Below are positions 12,547 through 26,613 of a stretch of DNA of 64,000 nucleotides, piece after piece. The position numbers were made by a program, and so were the translations under genes. Numbering within the stretch: the first letter of the stretch is position 1; every line of letters starts with the position of its first letter. This stretch comes from Camelus dromedarius (taxonomy: Eukaryota), in assembly GCF_036321535.1 (NCBI RefSeq), contig NC_087436.1, forward strand, positions 6,882,001 through 6,946,000, in the 5' to 3' direction. The notes beneath the pieces were generated by a model that saw nothing but the letters and a program-made list of their open reading frames with translations, ran no database searches and was not told the DNA's origin.

Positions 12547-12615
12547 ATGGCGTCCTACGTGGATAACAGCTTCCGCCAGGCGGTGATGAAGAACCCGGCC
12601 GAGAGGACCCCCCAG
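12547..12615 (+). CDS. RAPGEF2: RAPGEF2 (Rap guanine nucleotide exchange factor 2, PDZ-GEF1), first coding exon of the long isoform; 23 codons, phase-0 intron follows
   Basis: gagATGG start in a good Kozak context. Translation MASYVDNSFRQAVMKNPAERTPQ matches the RAPGEF2 N-terminus as I recall it; the paralog RAPGEF6 starts MNSPVDPGARQALRKKPPERTPE. Followed by donor CAG|GTGAGC at 12616, inside a CpG island. Confidence 0.93.
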
Positions 12616-15600
12616 GTGAGCCCCGCGCTGGCCGCGCCCTCCCCCCCCCCCCCCAGCGCGGTGCGCCCCGCGCGCCCGCTTCTCATCAGGAGCCCAACTT
12701 CCTATGGCATCCCATCGCGGCGTCTTCTCCCCTGTCCATCCTGTCCTTACGGTCCCCTCTCTGGGATCTTCTTTTCGCCGCAGCTGACCTTCCCACCGCG
12801 GAGGAGAAAAGTCTCCTTCGAGCATCCCCAATTCTAGCCGCGCGTCGGGCCTGTGAGTCTCTGGTGGGGAGAGGGTGGTCACCTCCCCTGGCCGGCCCCT
12901 CCTGCCAGCCTGGTCGCAGGCTCCCTTCCCAGTGCTTGCGGCCCCGTCCACCTTCCAGAGTTCCCTGGTGTCTGCAGAGGTAGAGGAGGAAACTTGCAGG
13001 GCTTCTACCAAAGACAGAGCCGTGGTGGTCTTCGGCATACAGCGTTGAGATGTTGGTATATTTGCTATTTTGCTTTTTGGAGAAAGGGCTGCTGCTTTCT
13101 AACGAAGAGGGGGAAAAGTTGAACCGCTCGGTTCTTGGGTTTAGTTTCAATCGCAGACAACTGCAGAGCAGATTCAGATACACCCCCGGGAAGGGCACCC
13201 TGCGGGTTCTTTTCGCTGTTGCACAACCCCGTCAAAATTAGATAAGTTTGTTAGTTTTAAGCGTTCGTTTACCTTCAGGCTTATTTTTTCTCTTGCTCGA
13301 AGTGGAGGAATTGCTGATGGTTTTGGATTTGATCGTCTGAAGTTGGACTTGAGAGGGGGAAATTTTATAAAAATGTGGTGGTTTTATTTTATTTTACTTT
13401 TTTGCTTTTAGTGGCTGACTGGATAATGACGCACGTTCCTAAGCGTGGGGATAGTGACTCCAGGGCATCCCGCTGCCAACCGTCTTAAGACAAATAAGCC
13501 CTCCTGATCCTTGGGACCATCAGACATTTAGGATCTAGTGCTTGAAAGAGTTGCTTTGCTTGTTAGGTGTTAGATGCCATCTGTTCACATCCAAATGCTC
13601 TGCTTCTCTGACGTTGATTGTTATTATTTAATGCAGGGAGAACAGAATAACATAGCATCTTCCACTGTCTGTCTTTGGACAAGGCCCAGGAGTGGCACCT
13701 GGTACCGTTTTTGATTCTTGATTTTTTTTTCTGGCAGAGCCATCACATCTGGGGATGATGGGTAGATTGCACATATTTACCAAACGTGTGGAAGATGGGT
13801 GATAGTTTTACAAGAAAATTCATTTCACAGTGACTCCAGAAAATTCCTCTTCTGCAGTATTGTTTTGTCAAAAACAAAGAATGTCCTGTTTTGACCTTGT
13901 TGCCCTTCCTCTGCTGTGCCTTCTTCATCTGCTGTTTGTTTTACACTTGTCAGTGGAATCAGTCTTGTGTATCTGAAAATGCACGTTCCCGGTCACAGTG
14001 TGGTGGAAAAGCAAATTTCAGCGAAATATTTCAATACCTTCCAGTGTTTGAAGTGCCAAGTGAAATCATACATGCTGAGAATATTAGAACCTAGCCAGGC
14101 TGGTCAGAAAATGATGTCAGAGGCCTTTCGTGGAAATTAGAGGCGAAGTGGTGTCTTTGGCTGGCTGATTAGAATAGCAGTGACGTGAAACCTACTATCA
14201 GGTGGGTGGAAAGTTGAGGGGGTGGGTCACCAAACAAAACTGGAAGACAAAACCTCCACTGTGACAGCGGGTGGATTGTGCCCGAGAAGTGAACTGTTAA
14301 ACGTTCCTGTTCCCGTGCCAGTTGTGGAGAATGGAGTAAAAACCGGCCCAGCATAGAGCTTGGCCAGTGACTACTAACCCCACAACGTGAAAGCTTCAGG
14401 GACCATCTGAAAACAATATGTTCCCCCCACCACACCTTCATAGAAAAAGTAAACGCAGGGAAACTTACCAAACGTTTTGAACATTCTTAAGTGTCCATAT
14501 TGCTAACTTTGACGCTCACTTGGTGATTACTTATTATTATTTTAAAGAGAGAAAGTAGTTGGAAATGTGAAATGTAGTTGAAATGTGTTTTCCATCTTTA
14601 CTGGCTTGTTAATCTTCTAAAAGTTTGAAATTTGCTCAAAAGTAAAAAATGTTTTGGTACAAGGTGCTTTTGATACTGAGTGCTTTGTGAAGGCAAAAGC
14701 TGGAAGTTTTTCTGTACTATCTTTTCTCATGGGTGCTCGAGTTAGGATTTTGTAATAGAAAAGCAAACTTATATAAACTTGATACGAACAGAAGGATATG
14801 AATTAGGAAAGTTTTGCTGTTGTGCTTCTGTTTCTCAGAATAGCCTTGGTAGAGGAGTTTGTGTGATTCTCACGACAGGCAGAAGAAAGGTACTTTAAAA
14901 AAAGAGAGGAAAATTGATTTTTGTGGTGTTGTTGTTGAATTCTTTTTCTTTTTTTTTTTTTTCAACCCCACCAACCCAGTTTCTCTCCCAAACTGTGAAG
15001 ACATACTTTTGTACTAGGTCAGTCAACTGTCTAGAAGTATTCGTGATGTCGCTGGTGTAACCTAAGGAGTTAGCTGGAAGAGAATCTGGGGGTGAGGAGA
15101 GGCTCTGTAAACACAGGGACTTGGAAAACTATTATAAAATTAGGGAGCTTTTCATGCCCAGTGGGAACCCATTTTCCCATTTATTTAGGTATGTCACTAG
15201 ACAGGGAATAGTAAGGAGAAACAACAACAAAAATTGTCACCCGAAGTTTTAGGCAGATCTCACATATTCAGCTTTAAGGGGCTGTCACTCACCTGATCCT
15301 CGGGGAGGAGGAAGAAAGCCGTCTTTGATGCAATGTGTGTCCCATATTGTGTGTCTGAAAAGTGGTTAAGTTCTAGTCAGTGGGCACTGTATTCCTGATA
15401 ACAAACCTCCTGGAAAATAAGGAACACTAAATGTTCTGTTGATGTATTTCAGTGCACCTCTGTTGAAAAACAGGACTCTTAAGTAATTGCTTTATTAAAT
15501 AAACTATTTGGGTTTCTGTCTTTAATCACTTAAATGGGAAGCTTGGTCACCTACGCAATTTAGTGAAGTAAAAGATGTAAATAAATTATAAACAGCTTCC

Positions 15601-16953
15601 CCCCCCCAAGGCTTTAAACAATAAAATGATTTGTCTAAACCATTTTATTAACTTCTTGAGTTCAAACCCTTTCAGATTGCTTATGTAGAGTGTTTAATCG
15701 CCCGTTTTTAGTTTTTCAGGTGAAACATCTATTGCAGAATTGTTTCTTCTACTTTTAAGATCTAACATGATGTGTTTTTAGCTAGTTGTAAAAGTTACTT
15801 TTTAAAATGGCTTGTGTAAAACACCTCCCACCTCGTCCCTTCCTAGTTAATAATTTGTTAACTTTGTTCTTCACTATTGGAAAACTTTTTCTTTTTTTTT
15901 TTTTGGCTATTACACCTTTTGATTTAGTCACTAATTCATAAATTTGTCATGGGAGAGCTCATAACAGCACAAGACTTAATTCTTTGTAAAGTCACTCAGT
16001 ACAGTACATCTTGAATCATAACCAGAGGGCTGAAAAAGTACCTTTAGCCCAGAGAACTTTAAATTATGAGAATCTGCACAAAAGAGTAACTCTGGTGAAA
16101 ATTTAACTTTCAAATCTAATGGAAGAATTGTGTCTATTACAGTAAAAATTTCCATTTCTTTTTTATCATTATTTTTGAGCAGTTTCATATTTTGACAGTT
16201 TATACTTTGTACTTTGGCTCATTTTGGGGCTCTAGTAATAAATATTTTTTTCTTAAGTAGTTTTTGTTCATAAAACACAACTGAATAATCTGGGTGCAAT
16301 TTTGGAAAGCGTGTCTCACAAAGTAATGCCTGTTTGGCTACAAGCATTTAGGTTTCATAACAATGATAATCTGAATTTGTAGGTTAAAAAAATGCACACT
16401 TATTAGTGAAAAAAATTTTTTTTCAAACTCTATTAGCATGAGACTTTGAACATGTGAGGACTTAAATTTATGATAAAAATTATTAACACTCCTTTGCAAT
16501 GTTGGTGGAAACTTAGTTGCCTTCAAATAACCTTTTAAACATTTATTAATTAACAGTTCCATAATTAGCTTTGCATAGCTTGGCCGAGGTTCAGAGTGAA
16601 TCTCTCCAGCTGCAGTGCTGTGTGGAGGCTGGCTTAACAGAGCCCTTCAGATTTCACAGAACACTCAAAAAATTAAAAAAAGGAAGAGGACTACCTGGTT
16701 GCCAACTCATTGCAGTTTTTTCCTCTCGAGTAGGACATAAAATAAAAACAAAACTGTCTGTAACCTCCTATCACTTTATTTTATTTATTGTGTCTCAGTA
16801 TTTAAAAAGAAGGGGTGGGGGGTGGCCAATACACTATCTCCCCAAAGCTCTGTTCTTGAAATCGGAGATTCTTTGCTTCATAGCTTTGTAAGAAAACTCA
16901 CAATGTTTCTTTCTTATAAAAAAATTACTATGTGTGAATGAGTTTTTCCTTTC

Positions 16954-17044
16954 TTTTTTTTTTTAAATGGAGGTACTGGGGATTGAACCCAGGACCTCAT
17001 GCATGCTAAGCATATGATCTACCACTGAGCTGTACTCACCCTCC
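16954..17044 (-). mobile_element. tRNA-derived SINE (camelid vic-1-like)
   Basis: Reverse complement shows A box (agctcagtggtaga), B box (gggttcaatccc) and an A tail; similar to five other copies here. Confidence 0.88.
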
Positions 17045-18737
17045 TAAAAAAATTACAGCTGGCCTGAAAAAAGTTTATGCAGGTGGATTCTGGGGGGAGT
17101 TAAATGATCACAGTAAAGTCTGCCTTCGGTGATGTTTGAAATTCAAATCACACAAATATAGTAATATTACATAAATAAATAGGAGTATATACCTCAGACA
17201 TAAATTAACTATTTGAAATACAGATACAATAACCTTTTAAAAAGGTGGAGTATGTTTTCTTGACTCATTTGAAAACTTACTCTTTCTTTAGCTTTGTTAC
17301 TTACTTTGTAAGTTTTATAGGGAGCGAAAGGGAGCTGGAATGACCTCAACTAACTTTGATCGAGACGAGCATAAAGAGGTATGGGGACATGGGCGCAGGT
17401 GTTAGTTCCTTGATAATCTGTATTTTAGGGGCCGTGCCCTCCCCTCACTCATTTCCGGTAACAGTTTTCTCATCTGTAAAATGTAGATTATAGCTTTCTG
17501 AGGTTATCTTGTGGATTGAGTGGAAGGAAGTCCGTTTACCGCTGAGTGCAGCGCCTAACATGAGCTCTTACGGTATCGCGTTTTAATGCAGTGCCTGTTA
17601 TTTAGCAGGCCTTGGGAATTCATGGATGAAATGAGACGTCGGTCCTTCAAGCCACTCCCCAATCTGTTGTGTCCTTGAGTAGGATGTGATTCATTAGTGC
17701 TGTGACAGCAGTCCCGTGCCAACACTGAAGAGAGGCGTGTTAAGTCTTAGGGCATGCGTGTGTGTTGCACATTAGGGGAGCAGGAACTCACGCTGCCAGA
17801 GGACAGGAGGAGATGAAGGACAGTCCAGACAAACCCATTGTCATGTTGGGTAGCACATGCGGTTGTGAGGAAACACAGGTGGGCCTTTGTTCAGGGTACC
17901 TGGAGCCCAAGGGATGAGAGGTGGATGGAAAATGACTGCATGTGGTGTAGACGCTTGTGGTCTGAGGATAGCGAGTAGAGGTCTGGCCTTCGGGGCTGGG
18001 TGGTTGGGAGCCCCAGTGACAAGGTAGAGTCCGCTGTGTGCACGTGTCCACCAGCTGCTCGTGTATCACACTGGGCACACGTGTACGCCAGTGCAGCCTG
18101 CTTGTGGCACATGACAATGACGGACACTCAGCTCCCAGGAAGAAAACCCAAGCGGTCGAATGTAATTGTCTTGATTTTTAAGATTTTTTAAAAAATCACA
18201 TTATTTTCCCTTAAACTTTGATGTCTTCTACATGTACATTCTGGAATCTAATACACAGTATCTAATTTATCACATCATTCTGCTAAATACGTTAGTATTT
18301 TTGTATGTCTGTAATGGTAATGTGATTTCTAGACGTTCCATCCTTCGGAAGAGTTGAGGAACACCTGAGTTGAAGGTTACAGTTGACTTGAGTTGGCCCA
18401 AGGTGACAATTGTAGCAAGTCTGTGGGGACAGTTCCTTACTCGCCTCCCCACACCATTTTTTGGTTAGATAGATGAATTAACATTGAAATTAGGAAGGAG
18501 AAGGAATTTTTAGTAGACATAATTGGTCTTGTGCAGCTTTGCCAGAGCTCGAATATATATAGTGAGTAAAAACACATTATCGGTGATCATATCAGCCTGG
18601 GTGGGGGGAAGTGCGCTGATGGCCACGTTATATTCACTGTTAGGATTTTTATCTTTTCAGGAAAAAAAAAACAACCACCACCGTCTCTGGTCTCACATGC
18701 TAATTAACCAGCACTTGCTGAACTGCTGTGCCATTTC

Positions 18738-18743
<6 letters not shown>

Positions 18744-18771
<28 letters not shown>
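18744..18771 (+). repeat. (TG)14 microsatellite
   Basis: Counted directly. Confidence 0.95.
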
Positions 18772-18772
<1 letters not shown>

Positions 18773-19389
18773 CTTGCTGTGTTCAGGTATTTACTTCTTC
18801 AGTCAATTGGTGTGATGGTGGGGGGTTAGCTTCTGTGGAGCGGGAGGTTTAGTCCTTGCATTTTAAATTCTCTTGGCACCATTTCTATGCTTTCATGCCC
18901 ATTAAGCAATAAAAAGTGTTTTGAAGGAGTTGGTGTGACTTGAACGAGAACCTTGTTTTGTCATTGGAACTAACGCCCCCTTTCCTCCCACTACAGTTCT
19001 CATGGCTTGCCTTCTACGAATTGGAAGTTGTAGATTGTGAAGGTTTAGAACTTCTCAGCTGTTTAATATGAGCCAAATGACTTGAGATGAGAACTGACGC
19101 CGGGATGCTGTTCACTGCTGGTGGCTCAGTTGACCAGCCCACCCTTATTGGCCCGTGGCCCCTTCTGTCCTTCCCTGGCCTGTGGTATTTGTTCCTCCGC
19201 AACAGAAAAGCTAACCAGGGGAGGAGAGACCCTAAAGGTTAGCCGTGAGCCGGTTGCTCCCGGGAGGCCTGATAGTAACTTCCCCAGCAGCCAGCTAGCA
19301 GCCAGTGGGTCTGAGGGGCTGGGGCACAGTGCTGATTATCTTATCCTGCGGAATATTCAATCTAGAGTTGAAATTCATTATCTTTAAAA

Positions 19390-19755
19390 AATTTTTTTTG
19401 TTTGTTTGAGACAATTGTAGATTCATGTGCAGTTGTAATTACTAACGCAGAGCTCCTGTGTACCCCTTACCCCGTTTTCCCCATTACGGGTACCTTGTAA
19501 AACTGGAGTGTCGTGTCACAACCGGGATGCTGGCGGTGATACAGCCTACCTACATGCAGGACTCCGCCACCGCAGGAGTGCCTCTTGTTACCTTTTATAA
19601 CCACACTCACTCCCCAACCCTCCCTCTGGCAAGGACTCACCTGTTCTCCGTTGCTATACTTTTGTCATTTCAAGAATGTTGTATAAGTGCAATCACAGTG
19701 TTTGACCTTTTGGATCAGCTTTTTTTTTTTTTTTTTTTTCACTCAGCGTAATTAA
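19390..19755 (-). mobile_element. Old L1 3' UTR (L1MB/L1MC-like)
   Basis: ttgagacaattgtagattcatgtgcagttgta...ttttgtcatttcaagaatgtt...ttcactcagcgtaat. Confidence 0.75.
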
Positions 19756-20149
19756 GGCTCATTACCTTTTGGCTAAAATGATTTCTCCGATTGTCTCTAA
19801 GTGGTTTGTGCTGTGTTCTTGAAATACCAAAAATATTTGGGGATGGGCACAGTACAGGGTAAGGTGGACTTAGTGACAGTGATTAGAAAATTCAATAATG
19901 ACATATATAATAAAGAGTAAAGGTCTTATATGAGCAAGAGTTGTGAGGGTACAGCACATTTGATATATTTCAATATATATAGTTTTTTTTTTCCCCATAG
20001 AAAAGTGTTTTTTGGTCACAATGTAAGTGGTAAAGCCAGACTTACCATCAGTGACCCCTCATTCGAAGAATTTACTTGATCTTCCCCAACTGAAGTGGAG
20101 TATTACAATTCAGAAGGAAGTTTAATGACTGTATTTATGAAGGTCGCCC

Positions 20150-20905
20150 AGGGGGCAATTTGAACGACAAAATAAAGAAGGATTATAACCTCTAGGGGAA
20201 GAATATCCATGAGCTCATGCCAATGTAAGTAAACCATCGAATAAATAAATAAATGGAGGAGAAGAGACAGCTCTTTGTTGCAGTAGAATTCCAATAAAAA
20301 ATGTAGAACGCCTGATGGAAATGGAAAATCACCAGGAGGCACACATCCCAGTCATAATTGTTGCAAGCAAGGATCAGTAGATGCCAAAATGAGTGGGGGA
20401 GAGTCTGATGAGAAATAGCATCCATCAGAATATTTCCATCGGCTCCAAGTGTCTTCCCCCACGAGATTAATCAATTAGTTATAAAGGGGAAATCAATAAT
20501 TTGATAGTAAAGAAACCAGCAGACAGCAGATCGCTAGGTGATTGAAATTATATGGGCAGACACATCAACACCCTTCAGTTTGAGTGCAGGAAACACCAGA
20601 CAGACTCACATTTTAGGACAGTCCACAAAATGGCCAGTACTCAGAAGTGCCCAGGTTGTCCCAGATCGGAGGAGCCTAAGGATGCAGGATAACCAGATGA
20701 GATGTGGGTCCTAGATTCAGTCCTGGACCAGAAAAAACAAAAACAAATTATTAGGAAAACTGGTGAAATTTGAATAGATAATTTTACTGTGTTTGTTTTA
20801 GATAATAAATTATGGGCAGCTGCATAAAGCATATATAGGATCTCTGAACTATTGTTTTAAATAACTTTTTTAGTCTAAAGTACTTTCAAAATTAAAAGTA
20901 AAAAA
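20150..20905 (+). mobile_element. Old L1 3' UTR (L1MC-like)
   Basis: ctagattcagtcctggaccagaaaa...ggaaaactggtgaaatttgaatag, ending in an A-rich tract. Confidence 0.7.
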
Positions 20906-21674
20906 CCACATAGCTTTTAGGGTTTTATTGTGACTCTGAAGAGGGGCTACCAAATTAAGATATTAAAAAAAAATCTTTTTCCTGATTAATGATTTAATCT
21001 TTAATCTTAATGAAGAGCTCAGTGCCTTTTAGCTAAATATTTGTATACCTTGGACCATTAGTGACATGGTTAAAGCAATCTATTAGAGGAAATTTAAAAT
21101 ACATACACACACAAGCTTCTAAACAATGGACAAGAAGAGCTAAAACAGTAACTTTTAACTATTTAACCCTTATTCCCATCTGGATTTTGTAGATATTCAC
21201 AAGATGCAGTGTATTTTACCAGTTGTGAATGTTTCATGATCTTGAGTGTAAGTAAATTAGAGTTTTTGTTGTAAGAAAAAGTGTGTAGGAGGTAAAATAC
21301 AACATGCACATTAAGCACTGCAGAAAGGAAATTGTGGTTGTGGTGGAAGGAGGTCAGTCTATGCGAAATCAAGTCCACAGGTTCCCCCTCCTCCTTTTCC
21401 TTTCCTGTGAACTTAAAAATTCTTTAAATTGTTACTTTTGGTAGGAGTGAGGGGGTGGGAGGGAGACAAGGGAATGGCAAGGGCGTGTTTAAGAGGGCTG
21501 GTCAGAGGCACTGTTACATCTGAGGATGGTACCTTCTGGCTGTGTGTGCAGTTCTTTCCTCTGCACTTTTCCTACCAGGCTCCAAAAAGGAAAAAAAAGA
21601 ATTAAAAATTTATATATATAAAAAAAGATTTGTAGAGAGATTTCTACCTTGAACTAGTTTTATATTTATATATA

Positions 21675-21706
<32 letters not shown>

Positions 21707-24350
21707 CTCATATATGCTGTTGCATTTCAGTTACAATGCCAGTCTCCCCCAACCCTCACTCCCTCACGTTAGCCACCTACCTTCCTTTTTTTGTGTGTGT
21801 GTGTGGTAAATCCTGGAGGATGCATGCTGTTTTTGTATACTGTGTACTTTTAAAATTTTTCCCCTGTTACTGAAGTTGGTGCCGGAAGATTGGATTGAAA
21901 AATATGGGCCCTGATGTTTCAGATAACTACAAATAAGTTAAAGCTGGAAGATCCTTACTATTTTCAATTGTAAAGATAAAACCATTTATTTTCTATATTT
22001 TAATAAGATTTTTTCTGTTTGATGTTTTTGATAACAAATTGCATCTGAGGGCACCTGTGAAAAAGGAAACAGCCAGCCCGGCTTTGAAGCAACTCCAATA
22101 TTATAAAATAAAACCTGTGAAAGTGTGTAGGTGTTGGCCAACCCTGTTTAACATGCGTCCAGTTGTTCTATATGTAACTGTTGGAATCCTTCAAGGCAGT
22201 AGGTTTCTGATTTCTTCCCTAAGCTACATTATGCAGTCTTACAAACTCTGCTTTCTTTTAAGCACACTCCTATTTGTTAGAAAATTCTTGATTGAGTTGT
22301 GAGAAATGTTTGGCCATCCAAGATACATGATTTAGTTGTTGGATTAAGAAAATGCTTGATTAAATTGATACATTTCCAAACAACCAGAGATGAGTTTGAA
22401 AAACTCATAAGTTAAAAAAAAAATTGAAATACAGTAGCCTAAGATGCCAAGAATTGAGGTAAAGAAGAATTCAAGTGCATTTCAGTTCTTTTCTGGGCTT
22501 CGTTCATGTTGGGCCCCTGGCTTTGGTAGAGCCGGAGTAAACCGAGGAGCTGGCTGTAGGGGGAACATCGTTGAGGACCTCCCTGCTCCTTCCACTGGGG
22601 AATCACAGACTTCTTCCAGAGGCAGACCGGGTATGCAGAAACCCCCAAGTTCTGTATTCCCAGATGCGACTCTCTGAACCTAAGGTCATCTGAGACCTAC
22701 CTCGTAATGGGTGAGAATTCCTGTCTTGATTCCATTTTCCTTGGTGTGGTTTAAATCTCCATCCCTTCGAGGGAACTCTGTGGGAGGCAACATGGTAGAA
22801 TCATTTCCCTTTGAAAGTCCTTGTTCCCACTTTGCATGTGGTGGGGTGGCTGTTTTCCTTCGTAGCTACACATTTGTGTCTTTGATTGTATTCATGCAGT
22901 AGTCATTGTGAGTTTATTTAGTGTGTTTCCTTCATCTAACATAGCGGTTATGAGCCTGGACCCTGATGTCCAGACCACAAACTGCTTTGTGGTCCTGGGC
23001 AGGTCACTTAACGCTAGTGGGGCTCAGACCCTTGCATTTCCTGGGCTGTTAAAGCTTCGCAGAACTCTGGGGAGCCGATGTTGGTTTGCCACCTGTTTAT
23101 TTTGCCAAGTGAGCATGTTAAGATGAATGTAGACTTGTTCCCCACTAACCCCATTTCATAGAAGAAAGGACATTTTAATGTTGCAAAGATAGAAAGGTCA
23201 TAATCTCAGAATAAGTAAATTTACCTTTCCTTCACCATATTGTTCTGTTTTTGTCAAGGATTGCTAAAATTTTACCATGGGTGAGTGTGGTAATATCAGC
23301 CTCCCAGAGTAAACATGTTTGTGTGCTTTAAAGTTCTTCAACAGTCTTTAGAGTGTTTACCGTTTTTTATTATTAGTATTATTATTTTCAATAGTTGGTA
23401 TTTATTTTTCCCTTAGATGATTTTTCATCAGTCATGTCTTACGATTGATTCACCAAAATGATTTGTAATATACATCCATTTGATAGACTTGGTTCCTGGC
23501 TTGGATTGAGTTAGACTTGCATTAGTCTGCGGGTTATCAGAAACTGCACACACAGAGGCTTACCTGTGGGCTCATTTTCCACACACAGTAAGAACTCTAA
23601 AGTTAGGCGGTGCAGGGTTAATGCAGATGGTCATGTTGTCACTAAGAAAACCAGTTCATTCTACTTAGCAAGTGATTTTAGTTTTCCAAGTCCCAAGGTG
23701 GTGGCTGCACCACCAAGCAGGGGAGAAGAGAGAAGGGAGGAGGTGGAAAATGCTTTTCTTGGAAAGAGTTTGCCTTTCATTTTGAAGGAACACCCTCTCC
23801 AGGTACTTGCAATTGGCCGGAGCTGTGTCCGTGGCTCCTCCTAGTTGCTAGGAGACTGACAGTTTGAGTATTTTCCTTTTCCGCCTCTATATTACAGAAG
23901 GGCCGGAAAGAAGGAGATGAAGATGGATGAGTGCTGTCGGTTGATAGTATTTGTCCAACCTACTTTGCATAGGAGACATCGTTTTCCTAAGTTTATGCAG
24001 TGATTCTCGGGAGACCTCTTTGAAAGTCTTAATGTATTACACAGCTGTATTCCTTTAGCCACAGTTAGGGAGAAATGAATACAGATATATAATGTATAAA
24101 CATATTCAACTTCTTGGCTTACTTATTAGATGTATGATTAGTAATTTTCTGAAGCACAGTCTCTTCTTTGAAAATAGAGGTTAAAATACCAGTGGGTGAA
24201 TTTTATATATAGATATAAATAAAACACTGAATGTAACTTTTAAGTATAATTATTTCTACATGATGACTATTGATTTAAGTATTGATTTCAAGTAAGATGT
24301 AGATTTATATGTTCTAAGTCAATTCTTTTTGTTTCAAATTACTCTGTTGT

Positions 24351-24501
24351 GGGGGAGGGTGTAGCTCAAGTGGTAGAGCACATGCCTTGAATGCATGAGG
24401 TCCTGGGTTCAATCCCCAGTACCTCCTCTAAAAACAAACAAACAAACAAACAAATAAATAAACAAGCAAACCTAATTTACCCCCCTCCCCACAAAAAAAA
24501 A
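24351..24501 (+). mobile_element. tRNA-derived SINE (vic-1-like), sense copy with full tail
   Basis: ggggagggtgtagctcaagtggtagagc...gggttcaatccccagtacctcc, then an (AAAC/AAAT)n linker, a cctaatttaccccc motif and an A run. Approximate TSD aaattactct / aatttactct. Confidence 0.92.
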
Positions 24502-26419
24502 TTTACTCTTATTTTTTGAAAACTTTTTAATGTGCTCCAATTTTGTGATCTGAAGTTTCTATGTGTAGTAATATTTTGTCATTTTTCTGGGACTTTGAAG
24601 TTTTCAATTTGTCATTCCTCCTAAAAGCTAAATAATCACTTTTTAGAGCTAAATATACGTTTGTGTATACAATGTTTGTAACAGCTGTTTGAATAGAGTT
24701 TTCTATAACTTGTTGATTCATACTTACAAACTTCTGTCTTTAAGAAAGGTGGTTTCATCTTGTATATATTTCCCTGCACTACACAGTGCAATCTTTTTGG
24801 CTATTGTACAAGACTAGCTTTGATATTAGATAAGTACGCACCATGCCCTGCCTTAGGGCAACCGTGGTGTTTGTTTATGGGCTTTTTATGATCGCATTCC
24901 AGATTTATGTAGATAAATTGCTCTTAATGTGTTGTTAGGTCATTTAAGCAGTTTGCTGTCAGAAGCTAATGGCTAGAAATGTTATTGGAAAGAGTGGGAT
25001 TTAATTTAAAATAGTCTTTTTTTTTTTTTTTAATATAAGTTAATTGTTTTGGGTGTGTGTGTGGGGGACTGGGAGGTAGTATATGCCTGAATTTGGAGTC
25101 CAAGCTGGAGCCTTGGTTTCACTTAAAATGGACTGACTTGCTCTGTGTCCACCAGCCTCACTAGAGAGCCTGCTGGCCTGGGGCTTGCCAGTCATGTCTA
25201 AAGCCCAGGACTTGGTGTGCTCTGCAGCACAGAACTGGAGCCAGCAAATGTTTAATGGCTTGGTCTTTGTTTTTCCCAAGAATTTGAGGTACAGGGGAAA
25301 AAGTAATTGTATGCTTCTATGTTAGTAGTGAATTGGGTGAAAGCTGAAAGGGGCAGCAACTTTTGGTTCAAGTCCTCCTTATAGAAACGTGTACTTTTGT
25401 GGAACAAAGTTATTTTTATGGAGTATCAGGCAGTCACCTGCCTGTAAGTTTAATCACTTGGTGCTGGGATTTTGAACTGTGATTTACGTGCTTCACTGTT
25501 ATTTAACAGACATATGTGTAAATTCTTCCTCTGATATCCTGTGACACCTTTGTTATATTATGCAATATCTGTTTTTTTTTTTAATTTTGTTAATTTGAGA
25601 TTTTGATTATCATCAGGGACAACAGTTTAAATTAATGATAGACTTATAAAATTAAACTCTAATATTTGGAACTAACTTGCAGACTGTAACTAAGTAGAGA
25701 TCCTAGCCTTGACCCATTTTAATAGATACAATGACCATTTTTAAATTGTAGAATGGTTTATAAGCAAATGTATTAACTTCTTAACAGGTGATTTCAGAAA
25801 CAGATTAAATATGCTGCACTGAAACCTTACTTATTGATTATATATAGAACTTTAGAAAAAAGTAACCTGTCATTAAACTTGTTCTGGGTAAAATTTTTGC
25901 AAATTTGTAGCAAAAGACATCTTAATTATATACACACATAGATTAGAATTTAGCTTTAACTTCATTGTCTTCTGCTTTTCCCCTGTACTTTTGGTCATTT
26001 TTAACATTGTCATGAGGCTGCTCTTCTTTGTGGGAGGAGATCGTGTGATTTCTCAGGAATCTGAACGGCCCAGGATCCGCAGGTTGCTTCCCTCACCTTC
26101 TGATGGTGCCTGAGGTGATGCTGAGGCCAACACTGGTTCTTGGCGTTGAGTGGAACCTTCGGGATCAGCTGACCAATGGTTTCCTCAGTGTCTCACAGAC
26201 CTGGAGGCTTCTCGGGGCCTCTGGGGAGTCCTAGAAATCTAGCTTAGCCTCCACCCTTCATTTTTATTAGAAAGAGGAGATTTACCACTAAAAATGTTGA
26301 AACCCCTTGTCCAGTTTGGACTTCTGAGTAGAGGAAATAAATACCCAGAGTAGTTGGGTGAATGTCCCCGTGTGACAGGGACAGAGCCATCAAACTGTTG
26401 AAAATTTAACCCCCTAGGT

Positions 26420-26613
26420 TGGGATGAGCAGACTGTAGCCCCTGGGCCACATTCAGCCCCTAGCCTGTTTTGTATGAAGTTTTGTTGGGACACAGCTGGG
26501 CTCAGTCTTTCCGTGTTGTCCGAGGCTGCCTTCATGCCAGAGCCTGAGTCTGGCCTGCAAAGCCTGAAGCATTTACTGTCTGGCTCTTTACAGAACAGGT
26601 TTGTCCTTTGCCT
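26420..26613. mobile_element. MER58A-like hAT-Charlie MITE
   Basis: gggccacattcagccc...aagttttgttgggacacagc...ggcctgcaaagcctgaagcatttactgtctggctctttacaga follows the recalled MER58A consensus. Confidence 0.8.

Larger units (their letters stand above)
11090..12950 (+). promoter_or_regulatory. CpG island: RAPGEF2 promoter, 5' UTR and first exon
   Basis: Abrupt shift to very high GC with dense CpG and many GGGCGG boxes; no obvious TATA box; surrounds the ATG exon. Confidence 0.93.

Noticed and set aside
12418..12837. 139-aa ORF as a complete protein
   Set aside because: It starts at a non-ATG codon and runs through the donor at 12616; only 12547-12615 matches RAPGEF2.
11572..13038. 488-aa antisense ORF and the other long ORFs over the CpG island
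   Set aside because: Stop codons are rare at this GC content; the products are low-complexity Gly/Arg/Pro/Ala with no recognisable domain, and long ORFs occur in most frames.
24351..24427. tRNA gene
   Set aside because: It has A and B boxes but also a SINE tail, a TSD and five diverged siblings in the window.
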